Source: Macrostomum hystrix (taxonomy: Eukaryota; Animalia; Platyhelminthes). From it: a DNA stretch of 64,000 nt. Position numbers and translations under genes: made by a program. Shown here in pieces: positions 19,801 through 31,308 of this stretch (its first letter is position 1; every line of letters starts with the position of its first letter). The stretch covers positions 6,324,001 through 6,388,000 of the forward strand of contig CATNEN010000011.1 in NCBI GenBank assembly GCA_950097015.1, given 5' to 3'. The notes below the pieces were generated by a model. That model saw nothing but the letters and a program-made list of their open reading frames with translations. It was not told the DNA's origin and ran no database searches.

Positions 19801-22800
19801 GTAGGGGAAGGTAAGAGAGTTTGTAGGGGAGGAAAAGAGGGTTTGTAGGGGACGATAAGAGAGTTTGTAGGGGAGGATAAGAGAGTTTGTAGGGGAGGAT
19901 AAGAGGGTTTGTAGGGGAGGATAAGAGAGTTTGTAGGGGAGGATAAAATAGGGTTTGTAGGGGAAGGTAAGAGAGTTTGTAGGGGAGGATAAGAGGGTTT
20001 GTAGGGGAGGATAAAATAGGGTTTGTAGGGGAAGGTAAGAGAGTTTGTAGGGGAAGGTAAGAGAGTTTGTAGGGGAAGATAAGAGGGTTTGTAGGGGAGG
20101 ATAAGAGGGTTTGTAGGGGAGGATAAGAGAGTTTGTAGGGGAGGATAAGAGGGTTTGTAGGGGAGGATAAGAGAGTTTGTAGGGGAGGATAAGAGAGTTT
20201 GTAGGGGAGGATAAGAGGGTTTGTAGGGGAGGATAAGAGAGTTTGTAGGGGAGGATAAAATAGGGTTTGTAGGGGAAGGTAAGAGAGTTTGTAGGGGAGG
20301 ATAAGAGGGTTTGTAGGGGAGGATAAAATAGGGTTTGTAGGGGAGGATAAGAGGGTTTGTAGGGGAGGATAAGAGGGTTTGTAGGGGAAGGTAAGAGAGT
20401 TTGTAGGGGAAGGTAAGAGAGTTTGTAGGGGAAGATAAGAGGGTTTGTAGGGGAGGATAAGAGGGTTTGTAGGGGAGGATAAGAGAGTTTGTAGGGGAGG
20501 ATAAGAGGGTTTGTAGGGGAGGATAAGAGAGTTTGTAGGGGAGGATAAGAGAGTTTGTAGGGGAGGATAAGAGGGTTTGTAGGGGAGGATAAGAGAGTTT
20601 GTAGGGGAGGATAAAATAGGGTTTGTAGGGGAAGGTAAGAGAGTTTGTAGGGGAGGATAAGAGGGTTTGTAGGGGAGGATAAAATAGGGTTTGTAGGGGA
20701 GGATAAGAGGGTTTGTAGGGGAGGATAAGAGGGTTCGTAGGGTAGGATAAGAGAGTTTGTAGGGCAGGATAAGAGGGTTTGTAGGGGCGGATAAGAGGGT
20801 TTGTAGGGGAGGATAAAATAGGGTTTGTAGGGGAAGGTAAGAGAGTTTGTAGGGGAGGATAAGAGGGTTTGTAGGGGAGGATAAGAGGGTTTGTAGGGGA
20901 GGATAAGAGAGTTTGTAGGGTAGGATAAGAGGGTTCGTAGGGTAGGATAAGAGAGTTTGTAGGGCAGGATAAGAGGGTTTGTAGGGGCGGATAAGAGGGT
21001 TTGTAGGGGAGGATAAAATAGGGTTTGTAGGGGAAGGTAAGAGAGTTTGTAGGGGAGGATAAGAGGGTTTGTAGGGGAGGATAAAATAGGGTTTGTAGGG
21101 GAGGATAAGAGGGTTTGTAGGGGAGGATAAGAGAGTTTGTAGGGTAGGATAAGAGGGTTCGTAGGGTAGGATAAGAGAGTTTGTAGGGCAGGATAAGAGG
21201 GTTTGTAGGGGCGGATAAGAGGGTTTGTAGGGGAGGATAAAATAGAGTTTGTAGGGCAGGATAAGAGAGTTTGTAGGGGAGGATAAGAGGGTTTGTAGGG
21301 GAGGATAAGAGGGTTTGTAGGGGAGGATAAGAGAGTTTGTAGGGTAGGATAAGAGGGTTCGTAGGGTAGGATAAAAGAGGGTTCGTAAGAGTTTGTAGGG
21401 GAGGATAAGAGGGTTTGTAGGGGAGGATAAGAGGGTTCGTAGGGTAGGATAAAAGAGGGTTCGTAAGAGTTTGTAGGGGAGGATAAGAGGGTTTGTAGGG
21501 GAGGATAAGAGGGTTCGTAGGGTAGGATAAAAGAGGGTTCGTAAGAGTTTGTAGGGGAGGATAAGAGGGTTCGTAGGGTAGGATAAAAGAGGGTTCGTAA
21601 GAGTTTGTAGGGGAGGATAAGAGGGTTCGTAGGGTAGGATAAAAGAGGGTTCGTAAGAGTTTGTAGGGGAGGATAAGAGGGTTCGTAGGGTAGGATAAAA
21701 GAGGGTTCGTAAGAGTTTGTAGGGGAGGATAAGAGAGTTTGTAGGGGAGGATAAGAGAGTTTGTAGGGGAGGATAAGAGAGTTTGTAGGGGAGGATAAGA
21801 GAGTTTGTAGGGGAGGATAAGAGAGGGTTCGTAGGGGAAGATGAGAGTGGGTTTGTAGGGGTGGATGAGAGTGGGTTTGTAGGGGCGGATGAGAGAGGGT
21901 TAGTAAGAGCGTATAACGTAGGGGTTGTAGGGGCGGATAGAACATGTTATGCAGGGGCGGTCGCAGGGGCGGATTTGGAGGGCACAGCTTTAAGAGGGCG
22001 AACTCGTACACACAAAATATAACATGGCGAAGTGTCTCACCTGAATTCTGTCGCCAATCTGGGCAGCCGTCATTCTGGTAGCATTGTATGGCTGTTTCAG
22101 ATGCACCACTGTGCCAGACTTGTCTACCATTGGTGTCCGCCTATAGAAATCTACAAGATCAGGGAGCTTTTTGAACTTCTGACCGCCGCCAACATCGTAG
22201 CCAGTCTCCGGATCGTAGTAGATGCGGATGTGCAGAACCTGGCATTAGAGATTAGAGCATTGTTGGACAGGGGCAACACGGAAGGTGCCAACCAAGCTGC
22301 AGTTCTAGCAACAAATTCAACTAAATCTGTTGCTGCGAATTTAACAACGATTCTGGCCAGCATTTTCTGCTTCGAATCTAGCTACGGATTCTGCTTCGGT
22401 TCTAGCTACGGATCCTGCTTCGGTTCTAGCTACGGATCCTGCTTCGATTCTAGCTACGGATCCTTGCTTCGATTCTAGCTACGATCCTTGCTTCGATTCT
22501 AGCTACGATCCTGCTTCGATTCTAGCCACGGATCCTGCTTCGATTCTAGCTTCGATCCTGCTTCGAATCTAGCTACGGATTCTGCTTCGGTTCTAGCCAC
22601 GGATCCTGCTTCGATTCTAGCTACGATCCTGCTTCGATTCTAGCAACGGATCCTGCTTCGATTCTAGCTACGGATCCTGCTTCGATTCTAGCGACGGATC
22701 CTGCTTCGATTCTAGCTATGGATTCTAGCTTCGATTCAAGCTACGGATCCTGCTTCGATTCTAGCCACGGATCCTGCTTCAATTCTAGCAACGAATCCTG

Positions 22801-25407
22801 CTTCGATTCTAGCTACGGATCCTGCTTCGATTCTAGCTACGGATCCTGCTTCGGTTCTAGCTACGGATCCTGCTTCGATTCTAGCCACGGATCCTGCTTC
22901 GATTCTAGCTTCGGATCCTGCTTCGATTCTAGCTTCGATTCAAGCTACGGATCCTGCTTCGATTCTAGCTTCGATTCAAGCTACGGATCCTGCTTCGATT
23001 CTAGCCACGGATCCTGCTGCGATTCGAATAACATTTTCAGATATGGATATGTGATTTAAATACTTTTCCTGTTGTGATTATCGTCTTCATTTTCCGTTAG
23101 ACGATTCTATTATAGCAGCATTTTTATCGCATAATGTGTTCAACTAAAAACTCAGCAAATAAGACTTGAGCTGTTCTCACCTGTTGCTCAACCAGTACGC
23201 ACAGAACCAATGCGTTGGCCTGATTGGTGGAGCAGCGAACTAAAAAGCTCCCCGGTTTTCCCTTCTTAAGCATATCTTCGGCCATAATGCCGGATATGTG
23301 CTTGTGAAACCAGGGCGTTGCCAGGCCTCTCTGCTCGTGCTGCTGCAGATTGTCGTCATTAATTAGGGGATATTTGAGCTCAATCACTTTGCCATTTGTC
23401 TCCTTGATGGTGCCCTGCTTGTTGACATAGTGCTCAACCAGCTCTTGCAGGGTGGCAAACTTATCACCGCCGTACAGGTCGAAGAATTCGCCATTGCTCT
23501 GAATTTTCACGTGGGTCACCTGGTTGCCTCGCCTGACAGACAGGGTGTAGTCGCCGGCGGTTGAGGCGCTGGGTCTGGCCAGGAAACTGCCGTCCATGCC
23601 ATGCTTCATCAGCATGCTCTCAGCGGTGGGGCCATCAATGTTGTGAAAGAATCTATGGCAGCAATGGTCGAATGGTTATGTAACACTTTGATAATGCCTA
23701 GACATTAAACTTTAAAGGCCTACATAATAATTTTTTTCTCTAAAATCAACAATAGCCATCATAATGTGACAGTTAAAAAGAAACAAGAAAATCATGTTTT
23801 CACCCATTTTTCTAATTAATTTTTAGTATATTTTTTTAATAACTATGTAAATATAACTTTAAAATTTGAAATAACTATGAAACTTTAGTTGCAACTTTGT
23901 TCAAAACCTTACAAACTTTATATTATTAGAGAATCATTTTTACAAGTTTTCTGGCATTATTAGACCAAACAAAAAAATGTAACATATTTATCTTAAGCTA
24001 CCTAAAAGACCAAACTTCAAAGAAATAGATTATGATTTTTAAAAGTTATATAACACAAACAATATTAAAATATATTTTATCAGAGGAAAAGTTTTAAAAA
24101 AGAGTTTGGCTAAAAGTACATAAAAGTTTGGCTTGATTGTCTAACTTATAAAATTTGACTAAAATCTCATACTAGTGTTGGTAACATTTAGCAAAAATTA
24201 TTGTAGCTTATAAAAATGATATCCATGCTCACATAGAAGATTATTAGCTTGGTTTGTAATACAAACCCTATTAGCGAATTAATTTGCAATACTACAATTT
24301 TACTAACTTATCATTTATCCCAAATCAATAAGAATAAGCAAACAAATTGGAATGAACTATCGAGTCTCAGTTAAAAAGATAACAAGAAAATGAGAATAAT
24401 TTTTACAAAGCTTATGCATTTGAGTATTATGCAGAAGAAATTGAGATATTTAAAAAACTCTTAATTTTTTAGCTTTTTTAAATTCTTGGCATGCACACTT
24501 CAGTGCTCAATGTAAAACGCATGTACACAGTCACTAATAACTAATATTGTAACATATTAAAAAGGTTGCTGAAAAGAGAAAATTGACATTTTATATTTTA
24601 CATTTTCATTTTACATTTCTCAGATTTTAGATGCCTGTATAACTTTCAATACTGAAAAATAAACTAATTTAGCATGCACACTAGTGGCATCTAGCCAAAT
24701 TGAGGTTGAGTCCAATTTTGTTCTGGCATGCACCTAGCATTATCCAGAGTATTGACTATGGCTTGCTTGTGTTGATGTTGACTTATAACAGTAAGTAAAT
24801 TGTTTACAATCCATAATTGTCATTATTTTACTGCCCATTTATTTGTTTTTGTGTACAATATAGGCTAGAGGCCTGTATAGTCATACTAATAGACATATTA
24901 GTATGTAATATTTGTTTACTATTACATGCCTTCATAATTATTTTCTCATATGCAACAAGCATGGATCTAGACTATAAACAGTATAATCTATAACTATATG
25001 GTATCTACAATAAATAGAATATAATAAGGCAGTATTCCGAATTTTATTACTTGTAATTTAAAAAAGTATCTAAGCTTAGCAAAGCTAGCTACATAGACAA
25101 GTAGTCAATTACTATTGCCTATTATACATGTGTACTGAAGCATTTTGATATTACATTAAAAAACAGTTCGAAAAAGACAACATATTGACATCAAGTAAGA
25201 CAAAAAAATTTACAGCTTTTCACATAATAAATAAGAGTTAGACAACACATAAGTTAATAATATGATTGATGGTATCTTAAAAACTCTGCTGGTATTCATA
25301 GTTTATCAGTCTTGTAAAATACAAATACTCAATAAAGCACTGACTTACTTTGATTTCGATCCAAGGTTAGGTTTTTGATTGAAATTTAAACTAGACTGGC
25401 TGGTCAT
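16851..25407 (-). CDS. PTPN11: SHP2/corkscrew-type tyrosine phosphatase (2 SH2 + PTP); exons 25407-25349, 23652-23181, 22238-22041, 18405-18133, 17642-16851; 597 aa
   Basis: All four introns are GT-AG with matching phases. The protein starts MTSQ..KFFHNIDG. N-SH2 has GSFLARPS and [15 protein letters not shown]; C-SH2 has WFH..GSFLVR and YDVGGGQKF. The PTP domain has [51 protein letters not shown] and [11 protein letters not shown]. Confidence 0.96.
17697..18097. repeat. 21-bp minisatellite in PTPN11 intron 4
   Basis: Tandem ATCTAG(T/C)ATGAGATCTGAT(A/G)A units between exon ends 17642 and 18133. Confidence 0.93.
18425..21900. repeat. 3.5-kb G-rich 23-bp minisatellite (GTTTGTAGGGGAGGATAAGAGAG)n in PTPN11 intron 3
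   Basis: About 150 tandem units with a few recurring variants; it accounts for the spurious 1309-aa ORF. Confidence 0.97.
22365..23025. repeat. 24-bp minisatellite (TTCTAGCTACGGATCCTGCTTCGA)n in PTPN11 intron 2
   Basis: Tandem units are directly visible. Confidence 0.93.
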
Positions 25408-25782
25408 TGTTGCTCAAAATGTCCTTACGAACTAATGCTCTGGTAGATTAGAGATAAATGTTCGCAGTTCTTCAGGTTCTTGCACTTGCTTTTTTGGCCC
25501 TTTGCCAACTGTTTCTTCGAAAAAAGTATTTTAAATTGAACCCCTCAAAACAATAAATCAAAGTAGCGATCTACTCTCATTAAATTTATCTAAGATACAC
25601 AAAATGGTTAATTTAGGTAATTCAAACAGCAAAACATAATGTTTCGTTTATTTTTTCTTTGATAATAAAATAAAAAGCTTGTTGCCAACTGTTTCTGCCA
25701 CAGTTTGAGTTTGTGATTCAAGATAATTTTTCTTTTCGCTAAGAGACACAACTTCCTAAACTCGCCTGAAGACGGCTCTGTG
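25408..25782. promoter_or_regulatory. Probable bidirectional promoter between PTPN11 (-) and the NME8/9-like gene (+)
   Basis: The two ATGs diverge 375 bp apart. The 15-mer TTGCCAACTGTTTCT is present twice (25502-25516, 25682-25696). Transcription starts cannot be seen in the sequence. Confidence 0.55.
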
Positions 25783-28422
25783 ATGGCTCGAAAAAAGCAA
25801 GAAATAGCGCTTCAGAAGGAGCTCAATACACAAGAAGAATGGGACGAAGCTATGACGAAGGAGGGCCTTCTGATTGTTGATGTCTACCAAGATTGGTGCG
25901 GTCCAAGCAAGTCGATAGTCAGCCATTTTCGGAGGATTAAAAACGAATCAGGTGAAGACCTTCTTCAGTTTGCAGTTGCAAAAGCCGATACTATTGATAG
26001 CTTGGATAGATACAGAGGCGCTTGTAAACCGTGCTTCTTGTTCTACGGTTCAGGCACACTAGTAGAAGTCATTCGTGGCGTTAATCCTCCAGAGCTTGAG
26101 AAGAAGATCAAAGCTCACTTAGTTAATGAACTCAATGTACTAAAGGGTGAGCCCGGTGCCGAGCGCGTTGAGATTCGGGATCCAGCATTCAAGCATCTCG
26201 ATGAAGCAGAGAGGTTGGCTAAGCAGAGGGCCGAGGAAGACGAGGAGGATGAAGAAGTCGAAAGAGAAGTTACTGTTGTACTCATCAAACCTGATGCTCA
26301 GCACAAGGTCGAAGAAATCATGCAGCGGCTAGAAGAGAGAGGAATCGAAATCCTTGAGCGTCAGAAGCGAAAGCTCACAACCGAAGAGGCCAAGGATTTC
26401 TACCGACACCTGGAGGATCAAGAATGGTTCGAGCAGATGATCACGTACATGACCACAGGCGAGTCAACCGTGCTCGTTATTAGCAAGGGCAACTCCGGCA
26501 TCATATCAGAATTCCGAGAAATACTTGGCCCAGCAAACGTTGAAGAGGCCAAAGAGAAGCAGCCGGAAAGCTTGAGGGCCCTTTTCGGCTCCGAGTCGTT
26601 TAAGAACGCGATTCACGCGGCCGATTCCGGAGAGAAGGCAGCGAGGGAGCTGGAGCTCTTCTTCCCAGAGTTCAGGATTCCGACCTACAGGGTGCACAAG
26701 GCCAAAAAGGAATCGCACAAGGAGATCGAGAAGACGGTTGCTCTCATTCGTCCTGACGCCTTTCTGGAATTCAAGGACGAAATCTTGGCTAAGATCAAGG
26801 AAGCGGGCTTTGCGATTGCGCTCAAGAAGGAAGTCCAGCTCACCAGGGAGCAGGCTGAGAGCTTCTACTCGGAGAAGAAGGACAGTCCGTTCTTCCCGGA
26901 GCTGATTGCCAGGATGACCAATGGTCCTGTCCTAGCTCTGGCGCTAGCCAAGGAGGACGCCATCAAGGAGTGGCGCAATGCTCTCGGCGAGAAGGATCCT
27001 AAAGAGGCCAAGCAGGTGCACCCACACAGCCTTCGGGCGATGTACTCCAAGGAGGACATAATCATCAACCTGCTGCACGGCTCGGACTCGACCAGCTCGG
27101 CAAGGAAAGAATTGGACTTTTTCTTCCCCGTTGAGCAGACGCTGGTGGTCATCAAGCCGGATGCTTACGAGAACAGGCGCGAAATTATTAAGAAGGCTAA
27201 GGAGGCAGAGTTCCACATTGCGGCCAGGAGGGAGCTGCTCCTAAGCAATGAGATGGCACGCGAATTCTACAAGACCCACGCCGAGAAGGAGTACTTCGAG
27301 GACCTGGTTGCTCACATGACCAGCGGCAAGTCTATCTTCCTGGTGCTGTCTCGCAACGATGCCGTGTCAGGCTGGCGCGAGTTGATGGGTCTGCCAGACC
27401 CGACGAAGGCGCCCGACAATGACCACTCGATCCGGTCAATCTTCGGCAAGGACATCAAGGCCAACGCGGTGCACGGCTCCAGCAGCAAGGAGCACGCGGC
27501 AGCCTCAATCCGGCTGATCTTCGGCGGCATCCAGTTCGACCGCGAAGGAAAACGCGTGCCCGGCACTGGCGACGTCTCCGAGGAGGACGAAACGGAGAGC
27601 ACCGAGGAGGAGGGCGACGTCGAAGGCGACATGCGGGGACCGCACGGCGAAATCATTCGCACGGACGCTCAGGCAGCGCAACAGGACGATGAAGGCCACG
27701 AGCAGGCTGCCGAGGACCACGAAGGAGAGCACGGGGAGGCGCATCACGAGGATGAGCAGCACGGAGATCATGAGCACCACCATCAGGCTGAGCACGAGGG
27801 AGACCATGAAGGTGAAGAGAAAGAAGAGCATTACGAGCAAGGTGAACACAAGGATGAGCACAAGGAAGAACACCATGATCAAGGCGAGCACAAGGAAGAG
27901 CACCATGATCAAGGCGAGCACAAAGGTGAGCACAACGAAGAACACCATGATCAAGGCGAGCACAAGGAAGAACACCATGATCAAGGTGAACACAAAGGTG
28001 AGCACAAGGAAGAGCACCATGATCAAGGCGAGCACAAAGGTGAGCACAAGGAAGAGCACCATGATCAAGGCGAGCACAAAGGTGAGCACAAGGAAGAACA
28101 CCATGATCAAGGTGAGCACAAGGAAGAGCACAAGGAGGAACACCATGATCAAGGTGAGCACAAGGAAGAGCACAAGGAGGAACACCATGATCAAGGTGAG
28201 CACAAGGAAGAGCACAAGGAGGAACACCATGATCAAGGCGAGCACAAGGAAGAGCACAAGGAGGAACACCATGATCAAGGTGAGCACAAGGAAGAGCACA
28301 AGGAGGAACACCATGATCAAGGTGAGCACAAGGAAGAGCACAAGGAGGAACACCATGATCAAGGTGAGCACAAGGAAGAGCATCAAGGCGAGCAGCAAGA
28401 GCCTGAGCAGGAACAGGCTTGA
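25783..28422 (+). CDS. NME8: Thioredoxin-domain + three NDP-kinase-domain protein (NME8/NME9/TXNDC3, dynein-IC1 type) with His/Glu repeat tail; single coding exon, 879 aa
   Basis: It starts MARKKQEIALQ, with a Trx fold VDVYQDWCGPSK. Three NDK domains begin VLIKPDA, ALIRPDA and VVIKPDA and end NAIHAADS, NLLHGSDS and NAVHGSSS. The ATG is at 25783 (the track starts one GTG codon earlier). NME8 and NME9 cannot be told apart by eye. Confidence 0.9.
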   Translation: MARKKQEIALQKELNTQEEWDEAMTKEGLLIVDVYQDWCGPSKSIVSHFRRIKNESGEDLLQFAVAKADTIDSLDRYRGACKPCFLFYGSGTLVEVIRGVNPPELEKKIKAHLVNELNVLKGEPGAERVEIRDPAFKHLDEAERLAKQRAEEDEEDEEVEREVTVVLIKPDAQHKVEEIMQRLEERGIEILERQKRKLTTEEAKDFYRHLEDQEWFEQMITYMTTGESTVLVISKGNSGIISEFREILGPANVEEAKEKQPESLRALFGSESFKNAIHAADSGEKAARELELFFPEFRIPTYRVHKAKKESHKEIEKTVALIRPDAFLEFKDEILAKIKEAGFAIALKKEVQLTREQAESFYSEKKDSPFFPELIARMTNGPVLALALAKEDAIKEWRNALGEKDPKEAKQVHPHSLRAMYSKEDIIINLLHGSDSTSSARKELDFFFPVEQTLVVIKPDAYENRREIIKKAKEAEFHIAARRELLLSNEMAREFYKTHAEKEYFEDLVAHMTSGKSIFLVLSRNDAVSGWRELMGLPDPTKAPDNDHSIRSIFGKDIKANAVHGSSSKEHAAASIRLIFGGIQFDREGKRVPGTGDVSEEDETESTEEEGDVEGDMRGPHGEIIRTDAQAAQQDDEGHEQAAEDHEGEHGEAHHEDEQHGDHEHHHQAEHEGDHEGEEKEEHYEQGEHKDEHKEEHHDQGEHKEEHHDQGEHKGEHNEEHHDQGEHKEEHHDQGEHKGEHKEEHHDQGEHKGEHKEEHHDQGEHKGEHKEEHHDQGEHKEEHKEEHHDQGEHKEEHKEEHHDQGEHKEEHKEEHHDQGEHKEEHKEEHHDQGEHKEEHKEEHHDQGEHKEEHKEEHHDQGEHKEEHQGEQQEPEQEQA

Positions 28423-28984
28423 AGTGGTGTTTAGCGAGAGTACGAACGATGCTTATTTGAAAGTTCACAGCGCAACCCCAGCTATGAAACAACTGTGTGC
28501 TATTTTGTTATAGCTATTTAAAAAGTACAATTGCCGCCGAGAAAATCTAATTTTACGCCAATTAACGATGTGTCCTTTCTGCAACCTGGCAGAATTCTCT
28601 CGCGATGCGAAATGCTCCTTAAGTATGAATTGTTTTTAACATTTTTTCGATGCTTTTTTTACTGATTTTCGCTATATAAAACCGAGATAACTAAAGTTTT
28701 GTCAAGTTAATTGTCTGTTCGTTGCATGCGTTAACATTTTTCCAAAGACTTGCTTTATTAATCATATCGATAATTTTTATGTGTATAACGGTTTTTGTGC
28801 TAATAGACTAATATTAGTCCCGTGTCAACTAGATATCCCAAATCCCAATCGACCCAAATTCCAATCGACTCGAATCCCAATCGACTCAATCGACTTCTAT
28901 TCCCGATAGCGCAGTTGAGTCTCTATGCTCAGCCTAGTAGGCACATAGGACAGTCGGTTGCTGACCTACGAGCGAGACAGCGAC

Positions 28985-29420
28985 AACCTACCCTGTCTAC
29001 CCTGTCTACATTGTCTACCCTGTCTACCCTGTCTACATTGTCTGCCCTGTGTACCCTGTCTACCCTATCTACCCTGTCTAACTGTCTACCCTGTCTACCC
29101 AGCTTACCCTGTCTACTATGTCTACCCTGTCTACCCTGTTTACGCTGTCTACCCTGTTTGCCCTGTCTACCCAGCCTACCATGTCTACCCTGTCTACCCT
29201 GTTTGCCCTGTCTACATTGTCTACATTGTCTACCCTGTCTACCCTGTCTACATTGTCTACCCTGTCTACCCTGTCTACCCTGTCTACCCTGTCTACATTG
29301 TCTACCCTGTCTACCCTGTCTACCCTGTCTACATTGTCTACCCTGTCTACCCGGTCTACATTGTCTACCCTGTCTACCCTGTCGATCCTGCCTACCCTAT
29401 CTACCCTGTCTACCCTGTCC
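28985..29420. repeat. 9-bp repeat (TCTACCCTG)n
   Basis: Tandem units with TCTACATTG variants. Confidence 0.92.
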
Positions 29421-29711
29421 ACCGTGCATAGATCCAATTACCTTTGTGTACTTAGCCTACCCTTGTCAATCAATTGTGCAATCCACGTTTAATCCACGCA
29501 ACAGGATTATATTGACAGGATAAGGCAGTTCCTTTAGATGCTTCGCGTGGGTGGGTCGGATGGATAAAAATGATAGTTTTTGCCTGTACGAGTAGAAATT
29601 AAACTCGCAACGAGCAATTCAGTTCGAAATCACGAAGCTATCCATTCAAAGCAAGTTCATTCAAGTCTACGGAGTTAAAACGGAGTCAAATTAAAACCTT
29701 TTGTTTAAGAC

Positions 29712-29990
29712 GCGTGAGTGGCAGACCGGTCTAACACGTTTCTTACTCGCACGGAGGTCCCTGAGCTCGATTCCGAGGCGAGGCCACATTTATTTGGGCC
29801 TCAGCCGTGGAGAGAAGGCTTGGGCTGCCTGACAATGAGAAAGTCAGGGCTGATGTACGATGTGTGAGCGTATACCTGCGTACGGTATCCGTGTGCGTGT
29901 GTACTCAGGATTCAGCGAAATAGACATTGGAAGTCCGCTTCGACCTGTGAAGCAGAGTGAGACTGCGATTACCAGTTCGTTCCGTGCTCA
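29712..29990 (+). mobile_element. tRNA-derived SINE, copy 1 (internally deleted, diverged)
   Basis: A-box-like TGGCAGACCGG and B-box-like GAGCTCGATTCC; the body GATGAGAAAGTCAGGGC-type segment is shared with the six other copies. Confidence 0.75.
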
Positions 29991-30139
29991 AGTGTTCAAT
30001 CAAGTAGCTACATTGAAGCAGATCATGGCTCTAAAATTCATACCGACGCCAAAGAAGTGGCATGTCTTTATACTTACTGCACCAAACACTTTCTAACCTC
30101 AACTTTCTTCTCGATTCTCGACTTCTCGATGGAACTGAG

Positions 30140-30432
30140 ACGTTAATGTCACTTCTCCCGCAGTGGATGGAACAGGAGATAACGCCAACCGAACCCCCTA
30201 CCCTTATCCCTGGGGTGGGGCCGATGAGAGTGAAAAATTTAAGTCACTTTGTTCTCATTGGCTGGATCGGAACTAAACGGAACGGCAACCCCCTACTATT
30301 TCTACCCCAAATGTCACTTCGCTCTCAGTAAATGGAACATTAAACGCCAACCGATCTTAAATCATTCCTACCCCTGGGCGGGGCCAATTAGGGTGAGAAA
30401 TTAACTCACTTTGTTCTCATTGGCTGGATCAG
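30140..30432. repeat. Diverged tandem duplication, ~170-bp period
   Basis: AATGTCACTTC, AACGCCAACCGA and CACTTTGTTCTCATTGGCTGGATC each occur twice in the same order. Confidence 0.7.
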
Positions 30433-31164
30433 ACCAGAAGAAGGCACATCAACCCATAATATTGCTACCCCTTTACCCAAGGATGATGCATAATACATAT
30501 TTAGGTGTTGGCAGTACAATCCTTACCTTACTTTACCCCAAAGAAATGGGGATTCTAAGTAAAAAGTTTCTGCGAAAAAAATTACCTTCTTGCAATTTGG
30601 CTTATACGCGCAAATAAGACTACTGCAAATGTTAGTAGTACGAAATACGTTCGCCAATAATAATAAAATTATGAGCAAAAATTAAGCGCCAGCATAATCA
30701 GCATAATATTATCATGTTTTAATTAGTTTTTGCTCCTCATCTACACGTTTATTTACTTTTTAAAAGTCACAGTTAACCTAAATAATTCAAATAAACAGTG
30801 TATAGCCGAATAGCTCAGTACAAGCATTTTTGTAATGCATCCAAGACGCGAAGCACTTGAGTTGAGGCTAACCGCAAATGTACTTTAATTACTTGAAGCT
30901 AAGGGCATGAAATAAATATTTAATGATTACATAAACCAACACATCTAAACAGATAAGGTCACTTTAAGCGATGAGTAGAAAGCCTAAAGCAAATTTATCT
31001 ATCAATGGCGTTTTAATGTGTCATATTTTGCAGTACGTTAATATTGATCATAGATTCGACGTCAGGAAAACAAATAGCAAAAACACAAGCCAGGCACGCT
31101 TAAATTCTGCCACGTACAAAGCTAAGATCAATGAACTTTATAGGAGGCTGGCAGGGCGGAGGCC

Positions 31165-31275
31165 CTAGGCCTGGAAGACCATTCTGATCCTCCTGGGTTT
31201 TCGCTGCTGCTGATGCTGCTGCTGCTGCTGCTGATGCTGCTGCTGCTGCTGATGCTGATGCTGCTGCTGCTGCTG

Positions 31276-31308
<33 letters not shown>

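Noticed and set aside
18082-22011. 1309-aa minus-strand ORF
   Set aside because: It is read-through of a G-free satellite strand that cannot form stops; only 18405-18133 is a real SHP2 exon with proper splice sites.
27505-28513. Hydrophobic, Cys-rich and Thr-rich ORFs overlapping the NME tail
   Set aside because: They are antisense or alternative-frame shadows of the His/Glu repeat; only the + frame continues the NDK domains.
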